This document shows positions 37,681-46,490 of a DNA stretch of 64,000 nucleotides, piece by piece (positions within the stretch are counted from its first letter, which is position 1; the number at the start of each line of letters is the position of its first letter). This DNA is from Candidatus Endomicrobiellum guadaloupense (GTDB lineage: Bacteria > Elusimicrobiota > Endomicrobiia > Endomicrobiales > Endomicrobiaceae). The DNA lies in NCBI GenBank assembly GCA_031278895.1, contig JAITJN010000035.1, positions 1,380 through 65,379 of the forward strand. The letters are read 5' to 3'. Position numbers and translations under genes: made by a program. The notes beneath the pieces were generated by a model. That model saw only the letters and a program-made list of their open reading frames with translations. It made no database searches and was not told the DNA's origin.

Positions 37681-39045
37681 CTATTTATTAACATCACTTT
37701 TTATATTTATATCACTATACAATACAACTCTGTCTTTACCTTTTTTCTTAGCTTCATAAAGTGCTCTATCAGAACTTTCTATTAAAAGCATAGGATCTGA
37801 TATTTTTTTTGATGGAGCACTAACTCCAATACTCATAGTAACGCTAAATCTCTCTTCATTTTCTTTAAAAACTAACGATTTTACAGCTTCTTTTATCTTA
37901 AGAGCGGCAACTTCTACTTCTTTCTTATTAATGATAGGCATTAAGACTATAAATTCTTCCCCTCCATATCTGCCAACTAAATCTCCTGGTCTTACAGAAT
38001 CTGAAATGGTTTTAGCAATTGATGCAAGGACCAAATCACCAGCTAAATGTCCATATTTGTCATTAACACTTTTGAAATGATCCAAATCTAACATTAAAAT
38101 ATAAAAACCATAATCGAAACGCTTTTCTCTTTGAATTTCAAAATTCAATCTCTGCAAAAAATAGTGTTTAAGCATTAGACCTGTTAATCCATCTCGTCTT
38201 GACCTATAAAGCATTATGTCAAAAAGAATTATTCTTTTAAAACCCAAAGAAATCTGAGGAGCAAAAATCATGCCTTCTTCAACGTATCTGTCAGCATACT
38301 GTTTATCAACTGCTATTATTAGACACCCCAAAATTTCGTCATCAATTTTTAAAAACCAATATACGATTTTACAATCTACAATATTATCATCACTAATAAC
38401 ACCATAACCTTTATCTTTGTCCAATAAACTTGACAAAATAGAGATATCTTTATTTTGAAAAATACCTGAAGTTTTAAGACAAATCAAGCCTGTCTGTGTT
38501 TTTTCAAAAAATACCTGTCCTTTAGAACCAACTTGACTATCAAAAAAACTCAAAACAACTTGTACATATTCATTTTTTGATATACTCGTATATAACTTTT
38601 TCCACACACTGTAGAATCTTACTATTTTATCTATATTGTCTTCTTGTTTTTGTCTCTCATAAAAAGTTCCTCTATATTTAGAAAGTACTGTTTGGTATTT
38701 TATTTTTAGCTTTCTGTTTCTTAAAAATAAACTCTTTTTCATATTCTTTGATTTTTTACAAAAATAGTAAGGAATTGGAATCAAAAATAGAAAAATCAGA
38801 CAGGCACTAAAAACAGAAAAAGGGTACTCCTTTACAAATGTAATAGCTATTATACAAGCTAATAAAGAGAAAATAAAAATAGCTTTTTTGTACCAATATG
38901 AGTATAAAAGACCTGATAATGCCACAAACGATGCCCAAATCATGATACCTGTTTCAGTATCTTTAATGATCCAAAATAAAAATACTAGAACTGAAATTAT
39001 ATATAACAATATTCTTATTTTTTTATTCATATAAATATTCTTCAA
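37681..39045 (-). CDS. Membrane-anchored diguanylate cyclase (GGDEF)
   Basis: 454 aa with N-terminal TM helices. The C-terminal GGDEF domain carries RPGD (I-site-like) and GRYGGEEF. Confidence 0.85.
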   Translation of the reverse strand: MKNIYMNKKIRILLYIISVLVFLFWIIKDTETGIMIWASFVALSGLLYSYWYKKAIFIFSLLACIIAITFVKEYPFSVFSACLIFLFLIPIPYYFCKKSKNMKKSLFLRNRKLKIKYQTVLSKYRGTFYERQKQEDNIDKIVRFYSVWKKLYTSISKNEYVQVVLSFFDSQVGSKGQVFFEKTQTGLICLKTSGIFQNKDISILSSLLDKDKGYGVISDDNIVDCKIVYWFLKIDDEILGCLIIAVDKQYADRYVEEGMIFAPQISLGFKRIILFDIMLYRSRRDGLTGLMLKHYFLQRLNFEIQREKRFDYGFYILMLDLDHFKSVNDKYGHLAGDLVLASIAKTISDSVRPGDLVGRYGGEEFIVLMPIINKKEVEVAALKIKEAVKSLVFKENEERFSVTMSIGVSAPSKKISDPMLLIESSDRALYEAKKKGKDRVVLYSDINIKSDVNK

Positions 39046-40399
39046 CTCTATTTCTTCCTAAAATTTTTGCTTTATAAAGTGCCTTGTCAGCATTTTTTAA
39101 AAATTCTTCTTCTGAAGATTCTACTTTATCAGAAAGTGAAACAAAGCCAATACTTACAGTTATTTTTAAACAAACAGGCAACAAACTTTCAACCGGAATA
39201 AAGAAATCTTCATGTTCTACTGATGCTCTTATCTTTTCTAGAATTTTTGAGGCTTCTTTAGAAGATGCATGCAGCATCATAAAGGCAAACTCTTCGCCAC
39301 CATATCTTGCTATAAAGTCAGATTCTCTAAAATTTAGTCGCAAAATAGAAGCTATGCGTCTAAGAACAAAATCTCCTGATTGATGTCCGTATTTGTCGTT
39401 TACATTCTTAAAATGGTCAATGTCAAGAATTCCTAAAGATAGAGGTATTTTATTGCTACGCGAACGATTTAGTTCTTCTCCTAATCTTTCTTTAAAATAA
39501 GCATTTGTGTAAAGACTTGTTAAACCATCGGTTATTGCCAAAGTTTGTAATTTCTTATAAAGATAAAAATTATTTAAAGCTGTAGCAATAATCCCTGAAA
39601 TCATTGATAATTGCTGCAAATTTTCTTGAGAAAAGAAATTTTCTTCACGAGAATAACCTTCTAAAATTCCCCAAAATATCCCATTAAATTCAATGGGAAC
39701 TGCAATAAGAGACATCTTTTCAGAATTATAATTATTAAATCGTTTATCTTCTACAATATTTCCAACTATTAAAGGAACTGAGTTTTGTTTTATGTAATAA
39801 GTAATTTTATCATACTCACTATATTTTTTTAACTTCCAACTACCTTTACTAAAAAACCTGAAAGCAATATCTTCCGATTTATGAACTATTTCTTTCTCAC
39901 TTAAAGAATCATGAAATGTTTGTAGAATATCGCCAATTTTTCTGAAATTTTTGATTTGCCCTGATAGATTGCTGCTTAAAATATTATTTTCAAGAATTAT
40001 GGATTCTTTTTCTGAAATTTTTCTAGATAAGTCTTCATATTTAGAAATAAATTTATTTCTAACATTAACATGTCTTTTTCTATAAAGTTCAAGAACTGCA
40101 TATACGCCAAATATAGCCAAGCATTCAAACAACAAAGCACAAATTTCAGAATATCTATCAATAAAAAATAAAGATTCCAAAATACCTGTCATTATAGAAA
40201 TAAATACTAGAATTGCACTGAAAATACTTCCGGAAAAGTAGTAAAATATTATTATTGGAAAAGCTATAATAGGGAAATATGCAACTGGATGTTTAAGTAG
40301 ATTAACAGCCCAAAAAATAAAAAAAATCCCAGATGCAATGGGCACTAAAGAATCAGATATAATATCTATAGTATTCTTACTTATTCTGTTTTTTGACAT
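39023..40399 (-). CDS. Membrane-anchored GAF-domain diguanylate cyclase (GGDEF)
   Basis: 458 aa with TM helices, a GAF-like middle region and a GGDEF domain carrying RESD and ARYGGEEF. Confidence 0.85.
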   Translation of the reverse strand: MSKNRISKNTIDIISDSLVPIASGIFFIFWAVNLLKHPVAYFPIIAFPIIIFYYFSGSIFSAILVFISIMTGILESLFFIDRYSEICALLFECLAIFGVYAVLELYRKRHVNVRNKFISKYEDLSRKISEKESIILENNILSSNLSGQIKNFRKIGDILQTFHDSLSEKEIVHKSEDIAFRFFSKGSWKLKKYSEYDKITYYIKQNSVPLIVGNIVEDKRFNNYNSEKMSLIAVPIEFNGIFWGILEGYSREENFFSQENLQQLSMISGIIATALNNFYLYKKLQTLAITDGLTSLYTNAYFKERLGEELNRSRSNKIPLSLGILDIDHFKNVNDKYGHQSGDFVLRRIASILRLNFRESDFIARYGGEEFAFMMLHASSKEASKILEKIRASVEHEDFFIPVESLLPVCLKITVSIGFVSLSDKVESSEEEFLKNADKALYKAKILGRNRVEEYLYE

Positions 40400-40406
40400 A
40401 ATTAAA

Positions 40407-40967
40407 TTACTTTAACTCAAGAGAAGTATAATCTGTAATGAGTTTTTTTTCAACATTATTTTGCAAATTTTTATTTATAAACCTGAAGTTCTTTACCCAA
40501 ACATTATTTTTTAAGCTTGAAGGCCAAGCTACCCATAAACCGTTTTTGCCATTTATAATTCGGCATTCGACTTCAATATCGTCATTGAAAATAACAGATA
40601 CAAAAGCTTTCAAATTTTTATTATTCTTTAATACCGACATCTTATTGATTTTAAAAGATGTTGAAAATTCCCCAGTCAAAGTCTTATTATTTAACAAAGA
40701 TTGCAGTAAATAATTCTTAAAATTTCTATTTAGAATTGAAAATTGTTTATAATTTTTATTTTTACCTTCATATTTGGGAAATTCGAGAGTATTGTCTGCA
40801 AAAAATATTCCTGAAATTTTAATATCATTGTTTAGAACAATCTCATAAAAGCCACCACTTTTCTTTATTTTAGTGACCTTCATATCGGCAAATAATGCAG
40901 GTGAGAACAGCAGAAAAATTACAGAGACGAGAATCAGAAACTCTATTCGCAAAGGATGGATTATCAT
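40407..40967 (-). CDS. Signal-peptide-bearing protein with two SpoVG-like domains
   Basis: 186 aa. The N-terminus (..LILVSVIFLLFSPALFA|D) looks like a signal peptide. The segment ..LKAFVSVIFNDDIEVECRIINGKNGLWVAWPS.. parallels SpoVG ..[33 protein letters not shown]... A weaker first copy lies at aa 29-95. Confidence 0.5.
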   Translation of the reverse strand: MIIHPLRIEFLILVSVIFLLFSPALFADMKVTKIKKSGGFYEIVLNNDIKISGIFFADNTLEFPKYEGKNKNYKQFSILNRNFKNYLLQSLLNNKTLTGEFSTSFKINKMSVLKNNKNLKAFVSVIFNDDIEVECRIINGKNGLWVAWPSSLKNNVWVKNFRFINKNLQNNVEKKLITDYTSLELK

Positions 40968-41608
40968 TATTTTATATCTGAAAGATTTATTCTTCGCTTC
41001 AATATTCTCTCTAATAACTCTGCATAATGTAAGAGATGCGGATTATACTTGATAAGAATTTGCAAACCTTCTATTAAGACTTTTGCATTAAGCTCTTTTG
41101 CACCTTTAGGAACTGGAAGCAATTTAGGAATGTCTATTTTTCGTGAAAGCTTTGGAGATATCTTTACTATTTTCAAAGATAATTTATGCGCAGTATATTC
41201 TAAAATTGATTCTTCATCTTCTATATTCTGCTCATAACGCAATAATAAAACCAGATCTTCTATCCCAAATAATAAAATAGGTTCATAATTTATTTTATGT
41301 TTATCCTCAAAATTTTCCAATGCAAGTTCAAATTCTTTTTTCATCTTTGCCTTACATTGAGCAGCCTGCTCCTGAAAACTTAAAGGGTAAACAAAAGCTA
41401 TAAGTTCATTCTCGCTGTCATGGTAAAGTATAAAACATTCAGCATAGAACATTTCTCCGCATACAGGACAAGAAACAAGATTAATTTCCCCTGCTATGAG
41501 TGATTCTTTTAACTCAGGGTTATCTGCAACACTTATAGCTGAAAGAAGGCTAGCCTCAAAGAGATGTCCTTGAGGACATTTTATTTCTTCAAGATTAGAA
41601 ATTGTCAT
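40967..41608 (-). CDS. CpXC-domain-like zinc-finger protein
   Basis: 213 aa with ..KCPQGH..(31 aa)..SCPVCGEMF... The N-terminal pattern resembles the CpXC family. Confidence 0.45.
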   Translation of the reverse strand: MTISNLEEIKCPQGHLFEASLLSAISVADNPELKESLIAGEINLVSCPVCGEMFYAECFILYHDSENELIAFVYPLSFQEQAAQCKAKMKKEFELALENFEDKHKINYEPILLFGIEDLVLLLRYEQNIEDEESILEYTAHKLSLKIVKISPKLSRKIDIPKLLPVPKGAKELNAKVLIEGLQILIKYNPHLLHYAELLERILKRRINLSDIK

Positions 41609-41639
41609 ATAGAGATTTTATAAATTATCCAAAACTTAA

Positions 41640-42317
41640 TCAATATTTGTTGTTCCAAACATTATTTGAATACCTTTCTTTAGCTATGCTCAAGGCTTTT
41701 TGTATATAGTGATCATCTAACTTTATTTCCATCGCACTTTTATTTATAGAAGATGATAAATTCTTGGCAAACAATCTTGAAAACAAATCTGCAGTATCAC
41801 TATCTAAATGTGCATGAACTGATCCTTGAACCATAATCTTGCTGCCTCTTCTTCTAAGACAAGATCCTACAATTTTCTTTCCACGATAGACCAAATCATT
41901 AGTATAAAAAGTATTTACACAAATACTATTAGAATACCCTGCTTTATCTTTAAGCATAATTGTATAAATACCACATTCTTCCAAAGTTTTTTTTATAGCC
42001 AAGTGGATAATTTTATAAGTCTCATCTTGGCTATAAACATTCCAGTCTTTTGATGAAACAATAAAACCGTATGAAATATCATGCTGATGATTTACAGTAA
42101 AGCCACCAGTAAATCTTCTCACAAAATCTTTTACAATAACATCTTTTGCTTTTTGAAAATAGCCTACAGTTGTATAAGCATTATCCCAATAATATGTTCT
42201 CAAAACAGGTATATCACCGTATTCGTTAAATAACATTTCATCTATAGACATATTCATAACTGCATTTCTATAAGTATCTTTAATCCAATGAAGCATCTGT
42301 TCCTGTTTCTCTCTCAT
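41640..42317 (-). CDS. Biotin/lipoate A/B protein ligase family protein (LplA/LipB-like)
   Basis: 225 aa with ..NMSIDEMLF.., ..RRFTGGFTVNH.. and ..GKKIVGSCLRRRG..VQGSVH.. The Lys-containing catalytic strand pattern matches the BPL_LplA_LipB family. Confidence 0.6.
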   Translation of the reverse strand: MREKQEQMLHWIKDTYRNAVMNMSIDEMLFNEYGDIPVLRTYYWDNAYTTVGYFQKAKDVIVKDFVRRFTGGFTVNHQHDISYGFIVSSKDWNVYSQDETYKIIHLAIKKTLEECGIYTIMLKDKAGYSNSICVNTFYTNDLVYRGKKIVGSCLRRRGSKIMVQGSVHAHLDSDTADLFSRLFAKNLSSSINKSAMEIKLDDHYIQKALSIAKERYSNNVWNNKY

Positions 42318-42630
42318 ATTTAATCATTTTTAACTTTTCCTTTATTCCACCACAAGCAGAATAACCACCAAGCTTTCCGTCACTTCTTATAACCCTATGG
42401 CAAGGTATTATAGGAGCAAAAGGATTTTTTGCTAATGCGGTTCCTACTGCCCTTGCAGCTTTTGGCGAGCCTATTTTCTTCGCAATTTGCTTATATGTCA
42501 ATGTTTTACCAGCAGGTATTTCAAAACAAGCAGTCCAAACTTTCTTATAAAAGTCAGGATATTTACTCATCTTTTTAATTATATTTTGAGGTATTTTAAT
42601 ATGCTTCTTTTTCATTTTTTCTGAAATCAT
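42280..42630 (-). CDS. ogt: Methylated-DNA-protein-cysteine methyltransferase (C-terminal domain-only form)
   Basis: 116 aa with ..FYKKVWTACFEIPAGKTLTYKQIA..PKAARAVGTALAKNP..IIPCHRVI... The PCHRV active site is intact. Confidence 0.85.
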   Translation of the reverse strand: MISEKMKKKHIKIPQNIIKKMSKYPDFYKKVWTACFEIPAGKTLTYKQIAKKIGSPKAARAVGTALAKNPFAPIIPCHRVIRSDGKLGGYSACGGIKEKLKMIKYERETGTDASLD

Positions 42631-42776
42631 CTAAAATTAGTTTTTCCTCTTTTGTCAAATTTTGTTTTTCTAGAAATAAATAGCATTTTTTTATATTATC
42701 TTCTCCAAAAAATTTTAAAAGAGAAATATCACGTATTTTCATATAATTTAAAATTATATTTTTAAATCCCATTATT

Positions 42777-44078
42777 TTAAATTTTATACAAACTTTTTTC
42801 TCTAAGTTTTCTGTGGTAGTTTAATGCAAATCTGTGTGATTCATCTCTTATTGCTTGTAAAAGCTTTAATGCCTCTGAATGTTTGCTTAAAACTAAGCCT
42901 CTATCTCTTGCAGGGGAAAAAATTTCTTCATTTTTTTTAGCTAAAGAAATTATAGGAATATTAACCTGAAGTTCTTCTAAAGCACTCACTGCGGCGCCTA
43001 GCTGACCTTTTCCACCATCTATTAAAATTAAATCTGGCAGTTTTTCATTTTTTCTAATTAACGATGAATATCTTCTAAAAACAACCTCTCGCATTGTTGC
43101 AAAATCATCAGCGCCCTCTACAGTTTTTATCTTAAAACGTCTATAGTTTTTTTTATCTGCAATACCGTTGTGAAATCTAGCCATAGAAGCGACAGCATTT
43201 GTGCCTTGTATATTAGAATTATCAAAGCCTTCTATAATAGCAGGAGGATTTTTCAATCTTAAAACGTTTTTCAATTCATTTATGCTATCTGCTCTTTGAA
43301 CAGACTCATTTATTTCATCTTTACTAATCTCACTTATCATAACTCTTTCAGACATATTTTGTAAAGCATAGAGTCTATCTCTTATTTCTTTAGCTTCTTC
43401 ATAACGCATATCACTGCTTAAATTAAACATATAAGATTGCCATTCCTCTTCAAGCTTTTTAAACTTTCCGTTTAAAAACAATTCCACATCTTTTATTTTA
43501 CTTTTATACTCTTTTGACGTCATCTTTCCCATACATGGTACATAGCACATTTCAGTATGATAATATACGCACGACTTAACTTTTTTCTGTTCTGGAAGAT
43601 TCCCTTGAGTAAAGTTTAATTTACATGGACGGATCTTGAAAAACTTAATAAGCCAACGGACAAGTTTTTTTATATAAAAAAACTGAGGGTATGGTCCAAA
43701 ATATAAAGAACTGTCTTCAATTTTTTTCCTTGTAAATGTTAAACGTGGGAAATCTTCGCTTACTGAAAACTTAATATATGGGTAAGACTTATCGTCTTTC
43801 CACATAGAGTTAAAGTACGGTTTTATCTTATTTATTAATTGTCTCTCAATAATCAGTGCTTCTCTTTCTGAAATGCATAAAATATAATCTATTTTACGCA
43901 TAGCTGTTATGATAGATGTGGCTTTTGAATCTATATCTGCATTGAAATATGAAGATAATCTATCTCTAAGACTTTTTGCTTTGCCGATGTAAATTATATT
44001 TCCTATTCCATCACGCATTATATAAACGCCTGGAAGCTTTGGAATTTGTTCAAGTTTTTTATTTTTGTACTCAGACAT
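42777..44078 (-). CDS. uvrC: Excinuclease ABC subunit C, compact form lacking the C-terminal (HhH)2 domain
   Basis: 433 aa with GIY-YIG (PGVYIMRD..IIYIGKAKSLRDRL), a UVR domain (..YEEAKEIRDRLYALQ..) and an endonuclease domain (..DNSNIQGT.., ..LILIDGGKGQL..). It ends right after ..HRFALNYHRKLR... Confidence 0.9.
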   Translation of the reverse strand: MSEYKNKKLEQIPKLPGVYIMRDGIGNIIYIGKAKSLRDRLSSYFNADIDSKATSIITAMRKIDYILCISEREALIIERQLINKIKPYFNSMWKDDKSYPYIKFSVSEDFPRLTFTRKKIEDSSLYFGPYPQFFYIKKLVRWLIKFFKIRPCKLNFTQGNLPEQKKVKSCVYYHTEMCYVPCMGKMTSKEYKSKIKDVELFLNGKFKKLEEEWQSYMFNLSSDMRYEEAKEIRDRLYALQNMSERVMISEISKDEINESVQRADSINELKNVLRLKNPPAIIEGFDNSNIQGTNAVASMARFHNGIADKKNYRRFKIKTVEGADDFATMREVVFRRYSSLIRKNEKLPDLILIDGGKGQLGAAVSALEELQVNIPIISLAKKNEEIFSPARDRGLVLSKHSEALKLLQAIRDESHRFALNYHRKLREKSLYKI

Positions 44079-44088
44079 TTATACCTTC

Positions 44089-45615
44089 TTACCTGTTAAA
44101 TACACTCTTAATCGTCTTCAATTCTTCAGACTTTAAAATATATGCTGAGGCTACAAATGCAAGAATCGCGCAAAATATAGCAATAGGAACACAAATAAAT
44201 AAATTATCAGAAACTTTGCAAGCATTCCAAGCAACTACTGCAGTAATTATTGAAGCTATTAACGATTTAAATGAAGAAAAAATCACTTGTTTTAAACCAA
44301 GATTTCCTATACATTTCCTTAAGTATATAGCAAGAACTGTAACATTAAAGTAGGAAGACAAGGCTGTAGCAAAAGCAAGTCCTCCTACACCCATAGGACG
44401 CATTAAAGATATACATAAGAAAACGTGTAATATCATAGCCCAAATTGCTGTTTTTACGGGAGTTTTGGTATCTTGAAAAGAATAAAATGCATTTGCAAAG
44501 ATTTTCGCCGCAGCATAAGCTGGAAGACCTAAAGAATAATAAAATAAAGCATTATCAGTCATAATAGATGCAGCAACAGTAAATTTTCCATGTTCAAATA
44601 AAATTTTAATTATTGGAAGGCCTATAGCCATTAAACCTGAAGCTGCCGGAAGTAAAGTAAAAATTGTAAATCTTACAGAGTAATTTAGAGATTTTTTAAA
44701 AGTAACCATATCTTTTTGAGCATATGCCTTTGACATAGCAGGCAATGAAACAGAAGCAAAAGCTAACCCAAAAACAGCAAGAGGTAATTGCATAACCCTG
44801 TTGGAATAATAAAGAGATGTCACAGAACCCAAAGAAAGAAATGAAGCACAGTTAGTATCTACGAAAGCGTTAATTTGATCTACAGATAATCCTATTAGAG
44901 ATGGAACCATCAAAAGAGTTATTTTTTTTATGCCAGGATGCTTTAAATCTAATTTAAACTTTAAATGCCAATCAAGATTTTTAAGTTTTGGATACTGAAT
45001 AAAAAAATGTAAAGCACCTCCAATTATAACACTTATTGCAAGACCTTTAATTTGACTGTCAGAAACAAGCACTGGAGCAACAGCCAACATATAAAAAATT
45101 TCTGAAAAGCTTAACATTGACGGCGCAAATGCTGAGAAAAAAAATGAATGTAAAGTGTTAAGTATTGCAAGTAAAAATGCAGCAAGACAAATAAAAAAAA
45201 CAAAAGGAAACATCAATCTTGTTAATTCTATTGTAAGTCGCATTTGCTCAGCATTGAATCCCCAAGTCATTATTTTTACAAGCGCAGGAGCAAAAAATAC
45301 ACCTAGAATTGATATTACAACAAGAATCAATACCAACGCAGTAAAAACAATATTTAGAAATTTTTGTGTCTCGCTTCTTTCTTTTGTGTGTAAATATTTG
45401 CTAAATACAGGGACAAAAGCAGCCGAAAAAGAACCTTCACCAAATATTCGCCTAAAAAGATTTGGGATTCTAAAAGCTGCGTAAAAAGCGTCAGCAAAAA
45501 TACCAGCTCCAAATAAATTTGCAACAAGCATATCTCTTATGTACCCAACAGTTCTTGAAAGCATAGTGCCAAAAGATACTTTTCCTGCATTTCGTACAAG
45601 AGTTTTATGTTCCAT
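44089..45615 (-). CDS. murJ: Lipid II flippase MurJ
   Basis: 508 aa with ..FGTMLSRTVGYIRDMLVANLFGAG..ADAFYAAFRIPNLFRRIFGEGSFSAAFVPVF.. Confidence 0.93.
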   Translation of the reverse strand: MEHKTLVRNAGKVSFGTMLSRTVGYIRDMLVANLFGAGIFADAFYAAFRIPNLFRRIFGEGSFSAAFVPVFSKYLHTKERSETQKFLNIVFTALVLILVVISILGVFFAPALVKIMTWGFNAEQMRLTIELTRLMFPFVFFICLAAFLLAILNTLHSFFFSAFAPSMLSFSEIFYMLAVAPVLVSDSQIKGLAISVIIGGALHFFIQYPKLKNLDWHLKFKLDLKHPGIKKITLLMVPSLIGLSVDQINAFVDTNCASFLSLGSVTSLYYSNRVMQLPLAVFGLAFASVSLPAMSKAYAQKDMVTFKKSLNYSVRFTIFTLLPAASGLMAIGLPIIKILFEHGKFTVAASIMTDNALFYYSLGLPAYAAAKIFANAFYSFQDTKTPVKTAIWAMILHVFLCISLMRPMGVGGLAFATALSSYFNVTVLAIYLRKCIGNLGLKQVIFSSFKSLIASIITAVVAWNACKVSDNLFICVPIAIFCAILAFVASAYILKSEELKTIKSVFNR

Positions 45616-46474
45616 GTATAAATCCTATATCTGCCTGAGCTCTAAACCAAGTTTTTTGGCGCTTAGCATAATGTCTTGTATCTTTTGAAAATTCCGTTAT
45701 TAACTCTTCTTTTGAAATCTTTTTATCAAGATATTGAATTATATGCTTATAGCCTATTGCACTTAAAGCCGAGCAATTTTTATCATAGCCCATATTTAAA
45801 ACTTTAATAGTCTCTTCTATCATTCCATGTTCAACCATATACTTACACCTTTTATTTATTCTATCATAAAGAATTTCATTCTCAATGACAATACTATAAT
45901 GTTTAAATTCATATCTTTGTCTTTTTGGTTTTATATGCTGGCGTAGTGTTTTTCCTGAAAGGATATTAATTTCCAAAGCTCTAATAAGTCTTTGAGGATT
46001 TTTGCTATTTTTTTGTGCAGATTCTGGATCTAATTTTAAAAGATGCTTGAACAATTCTTCTTGAGATTTATTTCTTAATTCATTGCGCAAAGATTTATCT
46101 GATTTTGGCATATCATCAAGACCATAAAGTAAAGTTTTTATATATAACCCTGTACCGCCTACTATAACAGGGACTTTTTTGTTCTTATAAATTTCAGATA
46201 TTCTTAGATCAGCATCTTTAACAAACTCTGTAGCATTATAAGTTTCATCTGGATTTATAATATCTATAAGATATTGACGTATACCATTAATCTCACGAAT
46301 ACTGTCTTGTATAAGAATTCCTCCTTTATTTGTACCAACATCTAAATATTTATAAATCTGTCTTGAATCGCAAGAAATTATCTCGCCGTTTATTTCCTTA
46401 CAGATCTCAACAGCTTTTTTTGTTTTCCCACTTGCAGTAGGACCTGAGATAATTATTATCCCTGTATTTCCCAT
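45605..46474 (-). CDS. miaA: tRNA dimethylallyltransferase
   Basis: 289 aa with GPTASGKT, ..SCDSRQIYK..DVGTNK.. and ..GGTGLY.. Confidence 0.93.
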   Translation of the reverse strand: MGNTGIIIISGPTASGKTKKAVEICKEINGEIISCDSRQIYKYLDVGTNKGGILIQDSIREINGIRQYLIDIINPDETYNATEFVKDADLRISEIYKNKKVPVIVGGTGLYIKTLLYGLDDMPKSDKSLRNELRNKSQEELFKHLLKLDPESAQKNSKNPQRLIRALEINILSGKTLRQHIKPKRQRYEFKHYSIVIENEILYDRINKRCKYMVEHGMIEETIKVLNMGYDKNCSALSAIGYKHIIQYLDKKISKEELITEFSKDTRHYAKRQKTWFRAQADIGFIHGT

Positions 46475-46490
46475 TATTTAGCACCGTTCA

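Noticed and set aside
42596-42742. A 48-aa minus-strand ORF (MKIRDISLLKFFGEDNIKKCYLFLEKQNLTKEEKLILDDFRKNEKEAY) overlapping the ogt start in another frame. It could be a frameshifted N-terminal domain of Ogt, joined at the A6 run.
   Set aside because: C-terminal-domain-only MGMT proteins of ~110 aa with an intact PCHRV site exist. The short peptide shows no resemblance that I can recognise to MGMT N-terminal domains. The evidence is insufficient to call a frameshift.
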